Position numbers and translations under genes: made by a program. 30,303 bases of DNA, taken from assembly GCA_023137125.1 (NCBI GenBank), contig JAGLPW010000012.1:1-30303 (forward strand), read 5' to 3'. Shown here piece after piece: positions 9,371 through 17,822 of the stretch. Within the stretch, counting starts at the first letter, position 1. Every line of letters starts with the position of its first letter. The notes below the pieces were generated by a model, which ran no database searches, had not been told where the DNA came from, and saw nothing but the letters and a program-made list of their open reading frames with translations. The stretch comes from Candidatus Cloacimonadota bacterium (GTDB taxonomy: Bacteria > Cloacimonadota > Cloacimonadia > Cloacimonadales > TCS61).

Positions 9371-9457
9371 GGGAATTAGCCCCGACGGTTTTTTCTGAAG
9401 GGGCAACTTCTCCTTATCTAATGAAATAGTAAAAATTTGGAAAAACTATAATGTCTG

Positions 9458-9485
9458 TCAGGGTGCATGTTTTCATGCACCCTGA
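9458..9485. repeat. Perfect 12-bp-stem hairpin (tcagggtgcatg-tttt-catgcaccctga), function unknown
   Basis: Read directly from the sequence. Lies between the peptidase stop (9370) and the EEP gene start (9512). No T-run follows on either strand, so it is not a canonical intrinsic terminator. Confidence 0.5.
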
Positions 9486-9511
9486 ATAGTATAAGCTAAC
9501 AAAGAGGAATT

Positions 9512-10282
9512 ATGAAAATCATATCTTGGAATATTGCAAATTATGATGATCATCCAAAATGGATTACAAGGAAGAATTTGATCACAGATGAAATAATAAA
9601 GGCAGATGCTGACATTATTGCTCTGCAGGAAGTGCGATTTAATAGAGATCATCCTAGCACAAAAGCCACAAATTTGAATACTTCTGAACAGCTTCTTGTG
9701 CAGCTTCAAAGCAAGAATAAATTTATAGGAGCAAAAATTATTACACAACCTGCAATGCATTATCAATCAACTGGTTTTTGGGAAGGTCTTTCAATTATTT
9801 CTAATGATGATATCATGGAAACGGGAGCAATGTTCCATTCTTATATCCAAAATCCTACAGACTCGAATAAAAGAGTAACACAATACTCAGTTGCAGTTTC
9901 AGACAATTTTGTTTTCTTTCTGTTTAATACACATTTCTCAAATGATGAGATGAATTTAAGATCAAATATTGGTGAGGTGATGAGCTATACAGAAAGGTTT
10001 GCTGGATATCCTCTTATATTGGTAGGAGATATGAATGCAACACCTCAGAACGAGAGTATTCATAAACTCACAATGCAGGGATTTATTGATATTTGGAATA
10101 AACTTAATCCTGAGAATAATGGTTTTACTTATCCAAGTTCTAATCCTGCAAAACGAATTGATCATTGTTGGGCAAATGAAGCTTTTGGACAAAAAATAAA
10201 AAGCATAAAACTAATAGGAAATAAACCAAATAAAGATGGAATTTATCCGTCTGATCATTTGGGTTTGGTAATAGAAATATAG
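9512..10282 (+). CDS. Endonuclease/exonuclease/phosphatase (EEP) family protein
   Basis: EEP landmarks in order: MKIISWNI, DIIALQEV, LVGDMNATP, RIDHCWAN, PSDHLGLVIEI. Confidence 0.8.
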   Translation: MKIISWNIANYDDHPKWITRKNLITDEIIKADADIIALQEVRFNRDHPSTKATNLNTSEQLLVQLQSKNKFIGAKIITQPAMHYQSTGFWEGLSIISNDDIMETGAMFHSYIQNPTDSNKRVTQYSVAVSDNFVFFLFNTHFSNDEMNLRSNIGEVMSYTERFAGYPLILVGDMNATPQNESIHKLTMQGFIDIWNKLNPENNGFTYPSSNPAKRIDHCWANEAFGQKIKSIKLIGNKPNKDGIYPSDHLGLVIEI

Positions 10283-10290
10283 GATAAGTT

Positions 10291-10989
10291 ATGCTTTTAG
10301 CATTCAACACAATAATCACTGAAAAATACAAGATTAGTTTTGATGAGAAAACACTACCATTCATCATGAATGGTTTCCCATATGAAATTATCCATTTGGG
10401 TGATGATAAGTTAAATGATTTCAGAGTTGATGACAAAGTATTTTCTAAATACACGCATCTCTTGGTTACGGGTTCATCGCTTTCTGCATCACAAGGAAGT
10501 GAATTTGATGAAATAATTATAAAAGTAATTCAATATTTCATAAAAATTCAAAAACCAATTTTGGGAATTTGTCACGGACATCAAATGCTTGCCAGAGCAA
10601 TTCTAGGTAATTCTGCTTGTAGAAAAGCAATAACTCCTGAATTCGGTTGGAAGAAAATGCAAATCAAAGCCAATTCGCTTTTCAAAGGTATTTTAAATCC
10701 AGTATTTCTTGAATCTCATTATGATGAAGTTTGTAATTTACCGGAGGAATTTATAATAATTGCTACAAACAACGAATGCGAAGTTCAAGCGTTTCAATAT
10801 AAAAATTTACCTGTTTGGGGAGTTCAGTTTCACCCGGAAATGCAGTTTGAAAATGGAACAGAAATGCTGCAAGACCATATCAAAGAATATTCACATGACA
10901 AAGAATTCTACAGAAATGAATTAGATACCAAACTTCAGATCAAACAGAATTTTCTTATCTTTAAGAATTTTATTAATTCAGTAAAATAG
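10291..10989 (+). CDS. Class I glutamine amidotransferase-like protein
   Basis: Nucleophile elbow GICHGHQMLA and His-Glu pair in GVQFHPE. Starts 8 nt after the EEP gene. Confidence 0.8.
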   Translation: MLLAFNTIITEKYKISFDEKTLPFIMNGFPYEIIHLGDDKLNDFRVDDKVFSKYTHLLVTGSSLSASQGSEFDEIIIKVIQYFIKIQKPILGICHGHQMLARAILGNSACRKAITPEFGWKKMQIKANSLFKGILNPVFLESHYDEVCNLPEEFIIIATNNECEVQAFQYKNLPVWGVQFHPEMQFENGTEMLQDHIKEYSHDKEFYRNELDTKLQIKQNFLIFKNFINSVK

Positions 10990-11054
10990 AGGGATTAACG
11001 CTGGATAAATTGCTGCTCTTGATTGCTGAATTAAAACGTAATTAGTTTTCTGTA

Positions 11055-11627
11055 TTATTTCTTGCTAAGTTCAAGTTGTAGATTTTGCAGAAATAATTCT
11101 GCTTCTTTTGGATTATTAAGTTGGATGATTTCCAAATGTGAAAGATCGTTCCTATTTGATAACTGACCATATTCTTTCTTGCGCCTTTTATATGTTTTTA
11201 TCACCCACCAGAGCATGGAATCTGAAGTGAAAAATGATGTGAGAAATTTTTCCCGATTACCGGCATATAATTCCTTCTGAGAAAAAATGCGATATAAAGT
11301 ACGCTTTAAAGCTCTCCAGAAAACGATGGGAAAAGAATAGTTCAACCAGATAATAACATCCACTTTTTCCCAGATAATATCACGGACTTTGCGATAATTA
11401 CCATCGATCACCCATTGTGGATTTTGAATAGCCAGTATTACATTATCTGCAAAATCTTCTCTACTGGTCCAATTCGGACCCCAATGTAATTCATCAAGTT
11501 CGAAATGTTGGATATCGAGAATACCGGCAATATTGCCAGCAAGAGTAGTTTTACCGGAACAACTTGTTCCAACTACTACAATTCTCAAACCTGTTTTTTC
11601 AATTTTTTTAGATTCCATGGCTTTCAA
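11055..11627 (-). CDS. Small P-loop NTPase, adenylate-kinase-like / topology-modulation-type kinase
   Basis: Walker A in RIVVVGTSCSGKTTLA. Size of 190 aa and the WVIDGNY segment are typical of the small AAA/adenylate-kinase-related family. Substrate unknown. Confidence 0.65.
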   Translation of the reverse strand: MKAMESKKIEKTGLRIVVVGTSCSGKTTLAGNIAGILDIQHFELDELHWGPNWTSREDFADNVILAIQNPQWVIDGNYRKVRDIIWEKVDVIIWLNYSFPIVFWRALKRTLYRIFSQKELYAGNREKFLTSFFTSDSMLWWVIKTYKRRKKEYGQLSNRNDLSHLEIIQLNNPKEAELFLQNLQLELSKK

Positions 11628-11724
11628 AGGGAATTATGTCTGTATTATTGTCAATTTGTTCACAAAAATCTTGCCTGAAATAGTAATTATCGAATATATG
11701 ATTTCATCAACATAAGGAGATATT

Positions 11725-12537
11725 ATGGCTCATTTAAAAAGTTTTAGAGCAGGATGGGAAAACGAACATGTTGCAAAATATATAATCTCTAAATTTTCAT
11801 TTATCAGTTCACCAAATACAATTGGAGATGATTTAGGAGTAGATTTCTTTTGTACAATTTTCGATGTTCAAATGAAAAATAAAAAAAAATATTTATTTCC
11901 AACTAAAAATTCTTTTGCTATCCAAATTAAAAGTAATCGTAGCGACATAAATTTTACAAAAAAAATAAACTATTTATACTTACTACATTTCCCATTTTTT
12001 GTTGGTGTTGTTAGTCAAAAGAAGAAAAAACTAACTTTTTATTCGAATATATATTTTGATAAAGAAATAACAATAAAATGGCCTAAAGAGAAACTGTTAT
12101 TGAAACTATCAGATGAAAAACGAATTAACAAACCATATTATTATAACGAAAACAAAAAAGCCAGAATATTAACATTGCAAAAATGTGCTCAAATAACATT
12201 TACAGATGATGATGAATCAATTATTGAAAGTGTCGAATTAATTAAAAAGAACTGTTCTACAATGCAAAAGAACATATTAAATAGATTAACTGAACATTAT
12301 GTTTTTTTTAATCCTAATACTCCTACTCAAGCTGATGTAGTAACAGGAAAGGATTCTTATAACGGAATAAGAAAACACTTCTTTAATAGATTTGGTGAAC
12401 TACTTAGCAATCTAGAATGGTTTCTAAAGTCCAATCCAGAAAATCAGAAAGCAAGACATGAGCTTGATTATTTTAAAGAATTCTATAATAAAACTATTAA
12501 ATTATGGGATTCTTTAGGAATGATAAAAAGAAAGTAA
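11725..12537 (+). CDS. Hypothetical protein with N-terminal DUF4365-like PD-(D/E)xK nuclease-fold motif
   Basis: GGAGA RBS. The N-terminal pattern G.ENEHVAKYIISKF....IGDDLGVDFFCTIFD....FAIQIKSN matches my recollection of the DUF4365 signature (D.G.D ... QxK). Lys-rich and visibly more AT-rich than its neighbours. The helical C-terminal half is unrecognised. Confidence 0.45.
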   Translation: MAHLKSFRAGWENEHVAKYIISKFSFISSPNTIGDDLGVDFFCTIFDVQMKNKKKYLFPTKNSFAIQIKSNRSDINFTKKINYLYLLHFPFFVGVVSQKKKKLTFYSNIYFDKEITIKWPKEKLLLKLSDEKRINKPYYYNENKKARILTLQKCAQITFTDDDESIIESVELIKKNCSTMQKNILNRLTEHYVFFNPNTPTQADVVTGKDSYNGIRKHFFNRFGELLSNLEWFLKSNPENQKARHELDYFKEFYNKTIKLWDSLGMIKRK

Positions 12538-12555
12538 ATAAAAAGGAATATAATT

Positions 12556-13251
12556 ATGCATTTATATCTTGAACCATTAGTAAAAATATTCAAAGCAAAT
12601 GCAAACCAAACTAACGCCGAACCAATGGCAAAATATATGAAGAATCTTTTTCCCTATCTAGGAATAAAGACACCATTACGAAAAGAGCTTTTCAGAGATT
12701 TTATTAAAGAAAATGGTTTGCCGGAAATAACAGAATTGAAGCAGATCATATTAGATCTGTGGGATCTACCAGAACGGGAATTTCAATACATTGCAATTGG
12801 TATCTTGAAGAAATTCACCAAAAAATGGGATGAAGACTTTATTGATCTATTTGAGCAGCTGATTATCACAAAATCGTGGTGGGACAGTGTGGATGGATTA
12901 GCCAGTTGGATGGTAGGAGAGCATTTTATAAGGTTCCCTCATCTTCGTGATAAATACATCGATAGATGGATGAGAAGTGGAAATATGTGGCTGCAGCGAA
13001 CTTGTTTATTATTCCAGTTAGGTTATAAAGATAAAACAGATGAAATGCTTATGGGAAGTATCATTATGAGCTTAAATGGTAATAAAGAATTTTTTATTAA
13101 TAAAGCAATTGGTTGGATATTACGTGAATATTCCAAAACAGATTCTCAGGCCGTTATAAAGTTTGTGGAAAATAATAAACTTGCCCCTCTCAGTAAAAGA
13201 GAAGCTCTAAAGTGGTTGAAGAATCAAAGGAAATTAGGAATTAAGAATTAG
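12556..13251 (+). CDS. DNA alkylation repair protein family (AlkC/AlkD-like HEAT-repeat protein)
   Basis: A.PMAKYMKN.FPYLGIKTP.RKE at the N-terminus, then WWDSVD, MWLQRTCLLFQL and NKAIGWILREYSK. These are characteristic segments of the DNA_alkylation family. Confidence 0.75.
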   Translation: MHLYLEPLVKIFKANANQTNAEPMAKYMKNLFPYLGIKTPLRKELFRDFIKENGLPEITELKQIILDLWDLPEREFQYIAIGILKKFTKKWDEDFIDLFEQLIITKSWWDSVDGLASWMVGEHFIRFPHLRDKYIDRWMRSGNMWLQRTCLLFQLGYKDKTDEMLMGSIIMSLNGNKEFFINKAIGWILREYSKTDSQAVIKFVENNKLAPLSKREALKWLKNQRKLGIKN

Positions 13252-13259
13252 GAGATATT

Positions 13260-13778
13260 ATGAAAAAAGTTATTTTATTATTTATAATATTTGTTACTAT
13301 TTCCTGTGCAGTTAATAAGAAGGTCACACCCACAATACCTGTATGGTGGAATATACAAAAAGAAGGCTATATTCTTAGTTATGCAGAAGCAGAGAGTTAT
13401 GAAGAGTACCTGGCAAAACTTGCTGCAAATAATATTGCATTCCAAACTTATCCAATTAAGATAAATAAATACCTCAATAACTATGTGGCAGTGAATTGCA
13501 TTACTCCCGGAGATGAAGATATCCAGAAAGAACTCGATAAAGTATTTAATCACTTCACGAATTACCTGATGAATGTTGCAGATGTTCAAATGGAATTGGG
13601 TGAAATCTACATAATCCCTATCAGAGGGAAGAGCGTTAGATGTTTTGTACAATTAAAAATAGAACAAAAATATCTGCATGGCAAATTTGTGGAATTTCTG
13701 GAAACCAGTGATCTGTATATTAATCTCAAACTAAGAGCCGTATTAAAGAAATGTTTTAAGGATGAGATTAAAGAGTGA
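13260..13778 (+). CDS. Putative lipoprotein, unknown function
   Basis: Signal peptide with a lipobox-like VTISC. No recognisable domain. Starts 8 nt after the preceding gene. Confidence 0.55.
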   Translation: MKKVILLFIIFVTISCAVNKKVTPTIPVWWNIQKEGYILSYAEAESYEEYLAKLAANNIAFQTYPIKINKYLNNYVAVNCITPGDEDIQKELDKVFNHFTNYLMNVADVQMELGEIYIIPIRGKSVRCFVQLKIEQKYLHGKFVEFLETSDLYINLKLRAVLKKCFKDEIKE

Positions 13779-13943
13779 ATTCTATACTACTTGATAATTC
13801 ATTCTCAATTATAGTTTGACAATTAAGTTTGTATTTAGGTATTTGTTCACCTAAATGCGTGTAAGGTCGTAAAAGTTATATGTTTTGTGAATTTTATTGA
13901 GATAGAGAGCTAATATAAAAGTTCTAACCGGGAGGTTTTATTA

Positions 13944-14660
13944 ATGAAGATCAAGATACCATCAATCATTAAAAAACAGATCATTGCCTTAACGGGATTT
14001 CTGTTAAGCGGGTTCGTTGCGGCACATTTGCTGGGAAATATAATGATATTTTTTGGACCTGACGCCTATAATAGTTATGCAAAAAAACTAATGAGCTTAG
14101 GCCCGATACTATATTTAATGGAAGCAGGGCTTATTATAATATTTTTGATCCACATGGGTTTTACAATAACCTTGGTTATAGAGAACAGAAAAGCCCGTCC
14201 AATAGCTTATAAGAAAACTCCCAGTACAAAAAAGCGATCAATTGCAACGCGAATAATGCCCTATACCGGCACTTTGATCTTTGCATTTGTGGTCTTGCAT
14301 CTTCTAGATTTCAAATACAATAATCACTATGGTATGGTGGCGGGAAAACTGCAAGAAGGTTTATACGCTCGTGTTTATGAATCATTTACAGATCCTCTGC
14401 ATTCCCTTTTATATATAATTGCAATTTGTGCAGTTTCGTTTCATCTTACTCATGCTATACAAAGTATGTTCCAAACGTTCGGTCTCAGCAGTGCAAAATC
14501 CCACCCGTATCTAGTGAAAATAAGTATTACAATTGGTGTTCTGATAGCTCTTATTTTTGGTTCACTTCCAATTTTTGTAATGGTGAAAGAGAAAGCTGCC
14601 CAGAAACCAAAAGTCAGTTTTTATGATACTTCAAAGGAGGTAATGCATAATGAAACTTAA
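13944..14660 (+). CDS. sdhC: Succinate dehydrogenase/fumarate reductase cytochrome b subunit (single-subunit, 5-TM b558 type)
   Basis: Five hydrophobic helices with conserved His in [22 protein letters not shown] and SFHLTHAIQ. Immediately precedes and overlaps the flavoprotein gene. Confidence 0.8.
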   Translation: MKIKIPSIIKKQIIALTGFLLSGFVAAHLLGNIMIFFGPDAYNSYAKKLMSLGPILYLMEAGLIIIFLIHMGFTITLVIENRKARPIAYKKTPSTKKRSIATRIMPYTGTLIFAFVVLHLLDFKYNNHYGMVAGKLQEGLYARVYESFTDPLHSLLYIIAICAVSFHLTHAIQSMFQTFGLSSAKSHPYLVKISITIGVLIALIFGSLPIFVMVKEKAAQKPKVSFYDTSKEVMHNET

Positions 14661-16563
14661 TTCCAATGTACCCAAAGGTAAATTGAAAGATAAATGGACG
14701 CAATATAAATTTGATATGAAACTTGTGAATCCGGCCAATAAAAGAAAATATAATATTATCGTTGTGGGAACGGGACTCGCCGGAGCTTCAGCTGCTGCAT
14801 CATATTCAGAACTTGGTTACAATGTAAAAGTATTTTGTATACAAGACAGCCCCAGACGAGCTCACAGTATTGCAGCTCAAGGCGGTATTAATGCTGCCAA
14901 AAATTATCCTAATGACGGCGATAGTATTTACAGATTATTTTATGATACAATAAAGGGGGGAGACTATCGTTCACGAGAAGCAAATGTATATAGATTAGCA
15001 GAAGTAAGCAATAATATTATCGACCAATGTGTGGCACAAGGAGTTCCTTTTGCTCGCGATTACGACGGCACACTTTCAAACCGATCTTTCGGTGGTGCAT
15101 TAGTTTCAAGAACATTTTATGCTCGTGGACAAACCGGCCAGCAACTTCATTTAGGAGCATGTGGAGCACTTATGAAAGAGGCTTCCAAACCGAATTTGGA
15201 AATATTCCCGCGACGTGAAATGATGGAATTGGTAATTCATGAAGGAAAAGCACGCGGGATCGTGGTTCGAAATTTGATAAACGGTGAATTGGAATCCTAT
15301 ACCGCAGACATGGTGGTTTTAGCATCGGGTGGATATGGAAATATTTATTTCCTTTCAACAAATGCAATGTCCACTAATTCTTCAGCAATATGGGCAGCAC
15401 ACAAAAAAGGTGCTTTCTTTGCTAATCCCTGTTTCGTTCAAATTCATCCCACATGTATGCCTGTGCATGGTGAGTATCAATCTAAACTTACTCTTATGAG
15501 CGAAAGTCTGCGAAATGACGGACGTGTTTGGGTTCCCCAAAAGAAAGGTGACAAACGTCATCCCAACGATATTCCTGAAAACGAACGAGATTATTATTTG
15601 GAAAATAAATATCCAACCTTTGGAAATCTTGTTCCCAGAGACGTAGCATCCAGAAATGCAAAAGAGCAATGCGATCTTGGTAAGGGAGTTGGCAATACAG
15701 GGCTTGCGGTTTATCTGGATTTCAAAGAAGCTACGAAGAGAATTGGTTTGGAAGCAATAAAAGCAAAATATGGAAATCTGTTTGATATGTATAAACAGAT
15801 CACCGGAAAAGATCCGTACTCCGAGCCGATGATGATCTTCCCGGCTATTCATTACACTATGGGCGGTTTGTGGGTAGATTATAATCTGATGAGTAATCTT
15901 CCCGGTCTTTTTGTGCTGGGAGAAGCTAATTTCTCTGATCATGGAGCAAATCGTTTGGGAGCCAGTGCGTTGATGCAGGGTCTTGCAGACGGCTATTTTG
16001 TGGCTCCTTATACTGCAGGAAACTACTTGGCTCAAGTAAATAACAACGAACTTACAACTGATCACGAAGTATTCCAAGAAGCAGAAAAAGCAGCAAAAGA
16101 TAAAATAGAAAAACTTTTAGCAATAAAAGGGAATCGAACTGTCGATGATTTCCATAAAGAATTGGGGAAACTACTTTGGGATAATTGCGGGATAGCTCGC
16201 AACGAAACCGACTTAAAAAAAGCACTAAAAGAAATTCCAAGGATACGCGAGGAATTCTGGAAAAATGTATTGATTCCGGGAACTACAGACAGTTTCAACC
16301 AAACTTTGGAGCGTGCAATGCGAGTTGCAGATTTTCTGGAAATGGCGGAGCTTATGATCCATGATGCCTCGGACAGAAAAGAATCTTGCGGATGCCATTT
16401 GAGAGAAGAAAGTCAAACTGAAGAAGGCGAAGCTCTTCGTAAGGATAATGAATACAGTTATGTCTCTGCCTGGGAATTCAAAGGTGTAGGAAAAGAACCG
16501 GAGCTTCATAAAGAGGAGCTTACTTTTGAAGAAGTAGAACTTACCCAAAGGAGCTATAAATAA
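14650..16563 (+). CDS. sdhA: Succinate dehydrogenase/fumarate reductase flavoprotein subunit
   Basis: FAD fold [13 protein letters not shown], covalent-FAD His context [17 protein letters not shown] and [18 protein letters not shown] motifs. 637 aa. Confidence 0.95.
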   Translation: MKLNSNVPKGKLKDKWTQYKFDMKLVNPANKRKYNIIVVGTGLAGASAAASYSELGYNVKVFCIQDSPRRAHSIAAQGGINAAKNYPNDGDSIYRLFYDTIKGGDYRSREANVYRLAEVSNNIIDQCVAQGVPFARDYDGTLSNRSFGGALVSRTFYARGQTGQQLHLGACGALMKEASKPNLEIFPRREMMELVIHEGKARGIVVRNLINGELESYTADMVVLASGGYGNIYFLSTNAMSTNSSAIWAAHKKGAFFANPCFVQIHPTCMPVHGEYQSKLTLMSESLRNDGRVWVPQKKGDKRHPNDIPENERDYYLENKYPTFGNLVPRDVASRNAKEQCDLGKGVGNTGLAVYLDFKEATKRIGLEAIKAKYGNLFDMYKQITGKDPYSEPMMIFPAIHYTMGGLWVDYNLMSNLPGLFVLGEANFSDHGANRLGASALMQGLADGYFVAPYTAGNYLAQVNNNELTTDHEVFQEAEKAAKDKIEKLLAIKGNRTVDDFHKELGKLLWDNCGIARNETDLKKALKEIPRIREEFWKNVLIPGTTDSFNQTLERAMRVADFLEMAELMIHDASDRKESCGCHLREESQTEEGEALRKDNEYSYVSAWEFKGVGKEPELHKEELTFEEVELTQRSYK

Positions 16564-17324
16564 TGAAAACTATAAATATTACAGTAAAAGTATGGCGCCA
16601 GGAAAATGCCGTTGCTAAGGGTCATTTTGAAGATTATAAATTAACTGAAATTGATACCGATATGTCGTTTTTGGAAATGCTGGATGTACTGAATGAAGGG
16701 CTTACACTTTCCGGGGAGTTACCTTTGGCTTTTGATAGTGATTGCCGCGAAGGAATATGTGGGATGTGTGGAGCTGTGGTAAATGGGGAACCACACGGTC
16801 CAGTAAAAGCGGTAACAATTTGCCAGCTTCATATGAGAAGTTTTACAGATGGTCAGACCCTTGTAATTGAATCCTGGCGTTCAAAAGCATTTCCTGTTAT
16901 AAAAGATATTGTTGTAGATCGTTCTGCTTTTGATAGAATTATGATGGCTGGTGGTTATATTTCCGTGAAAACCGGTACTACCACAGATGCAAATGCAAAT
17001 CTAATAACCAGTGATATTGCTGAAGAAGCAATGGATGCAGCGCAATGTATTGGCTGCGGAGCCTGCGTGGCTGCTTGTCCAAATGCTTCGGCAATGCTGT
17101 TTGTAGGAGCAAAAGTAAGCCATTTGTCTTTGCTTCCTCAAGGGAAAATAGAATGTGTGGAACGTGTTAGAAAAATGGTAACACAAATGGATAAAGAAGG
17201 TTTTGGTTCCTGTTCAAATGAATATGAATGTTCTGTTTCCTGCCCGAAAGAGATAAATATTTCGCATATTGCCAGAATGAACAGGAAGATGATAAAGGCT
17301 ACTATAAAATCTGTGGTAGGATAA
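16563..17324 (+). CDS. sdhB: Succinate dehydrogenase/fumarate reductase iron-sulfur subunit
   Basis: 2Fe-2S motif [10 protein letters not shown] plus Cys clusters [12 protein letters not shown] and [14 protein letters not shown] stop/start overlap with sdhA. Confidence 0.9.
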   Translation: MKTINITVKVWRQENAVAKGHFEDYKLTEIDTDMSFLEMLDVLNEGLTLSGELPLAFDSDCREGICGMCGAVVNGEPHGPVKAVTICQLHMRSFTDGQTLVIESWRSKAFPVIKDIVVDRSAFDRIMMAGGYISVKTGTTTDANANLITSDIAEEAMDAAQCIGCGACVAACPNASAMLFVGAKVSHLSLLPQGKIECVERVRKMVTQMDKEGFGSCSNEYECSVSCPKEINISHIARMNRKMIKATIKSVVG

Positions 17325-17344
17325 ACAGTTGCAGAAATTTTCTC

Positions 17345-17683
17345 TTACAGCCCGTATCTTTCCTTCATAGATTTAGAGCGAAAAACCAAAGCAGTTGCAA
17401 AATTAAGAAATGCTACAACTCCCAAAATAATAGCTAAACGAGACCAGTCTTCACCATTATTTGTTCGTATGCGTGCATAATAAAATATAGTTCTGATCCA
17501 TTCAAAACCATATATAATCAAGGATACTTGAACTACTCTTGCAGAAAGTTTGTTTTTCCAAATTAGAATAAATGGAATTAATAAAGTTATAATTTGTAAA
17601 ATGAACATATTTGCTCGACCTAGATGTGCAGCCATGATCAATGAGCATAAGATTATCGGTAAGATCTTCATGAAATTTTTCAT
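17345..17683 (-). CDS. Small integral membrane protein, unknown function
   Basis: 112 aa with 3-4 hydrophobic helices and an AAGGAGAA RBS upstream. No recognisable family. Confidence 0.5.
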   Translation of the reverse strand: MKNFMKILPIILCSLIMAAHLGRANMFILQIITLLIPFILIWKNKLSARVVQVSLIIYGFEWIRTIFYYARIRTNNGEDWSRLAIILGVVAFLNFATALVFRSKSMKERYGL

Positions 17684-17822
17684 AATATTTTCTCCTTTTT
17701 TATCCTTCGACTCCGCTCAGGATGACAATTTCTTTTGCTATGTCAATTGCTAACAGCCAATTCCTAATAGCTTTTTTCTCATTGTTCTCCGTGTGCTCTG
17801 TGGTGAAATTTCTTTTCTGAAA

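Noticed and set aside
9493-9506. gctaacaaagagg resembles the left (R''-like) end of the attC-like repeat (gctaacaaaagga at 23557)
   Set aside because: There is no complementary gtt-containing right arm and no long imperfect stem downstream. The string runs straight into the RBS and ATG of the EEP gene. It is probably a chance match of a short AT-rich string.
13278-13652. 124-aa minus-strand ORF
   Set aside because: It is antisense to the lipoprotein gene at 13260..13778, which has a proper signal peptide and tight operon spacing. The antisense product is low-complexity with no motif. The same applies to 10140..10454, 22080..22397, 24104..24409 and 24674..25054.
13816-13844. TTGACA hexamer upstream of sdhC as a sigma-70 promoter
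   Set aside because: No acceptable -10 hexamer sits at 16-19 nt spacing (gtattt/tatttg only). Promoter consensus for this lineage is unknown, so I did not list it as a feature. Similar isolated TTGACA hexamers occur near 4157 and 22851, and on the minus strand near 20375 and 17745.
15382-16077. 231-aa ORF on the minus strand, the longest unexplained ORF in the track
   Set aside because: It lies entirely antisense to the strongly supported sdhA flavoprotein gene. It has no recognisable motifs and no RBS, and its composition is typical of the reverse frame of a real gene. The same reasoning applies to the other antisense ORFs at 16052..16548.
17702-17808. Two short GC-rich motifs (atccttcgactccgctcaggatgaca at 17702-17727; ctccgtgtgctctgtggtgaaa at 17787-17808) in the spacer between the small membrane gene and the transglutaminase-like gene
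   Set aside because: From memory, they resemble dispersed extragenic motifs that are often mistranslated as short hypothetical proteins in environmental FCB-type genomes. Each occurs only once in this window, so I cannot show repetition or function. They are also covered by the spurious ORF at 17550..17753.
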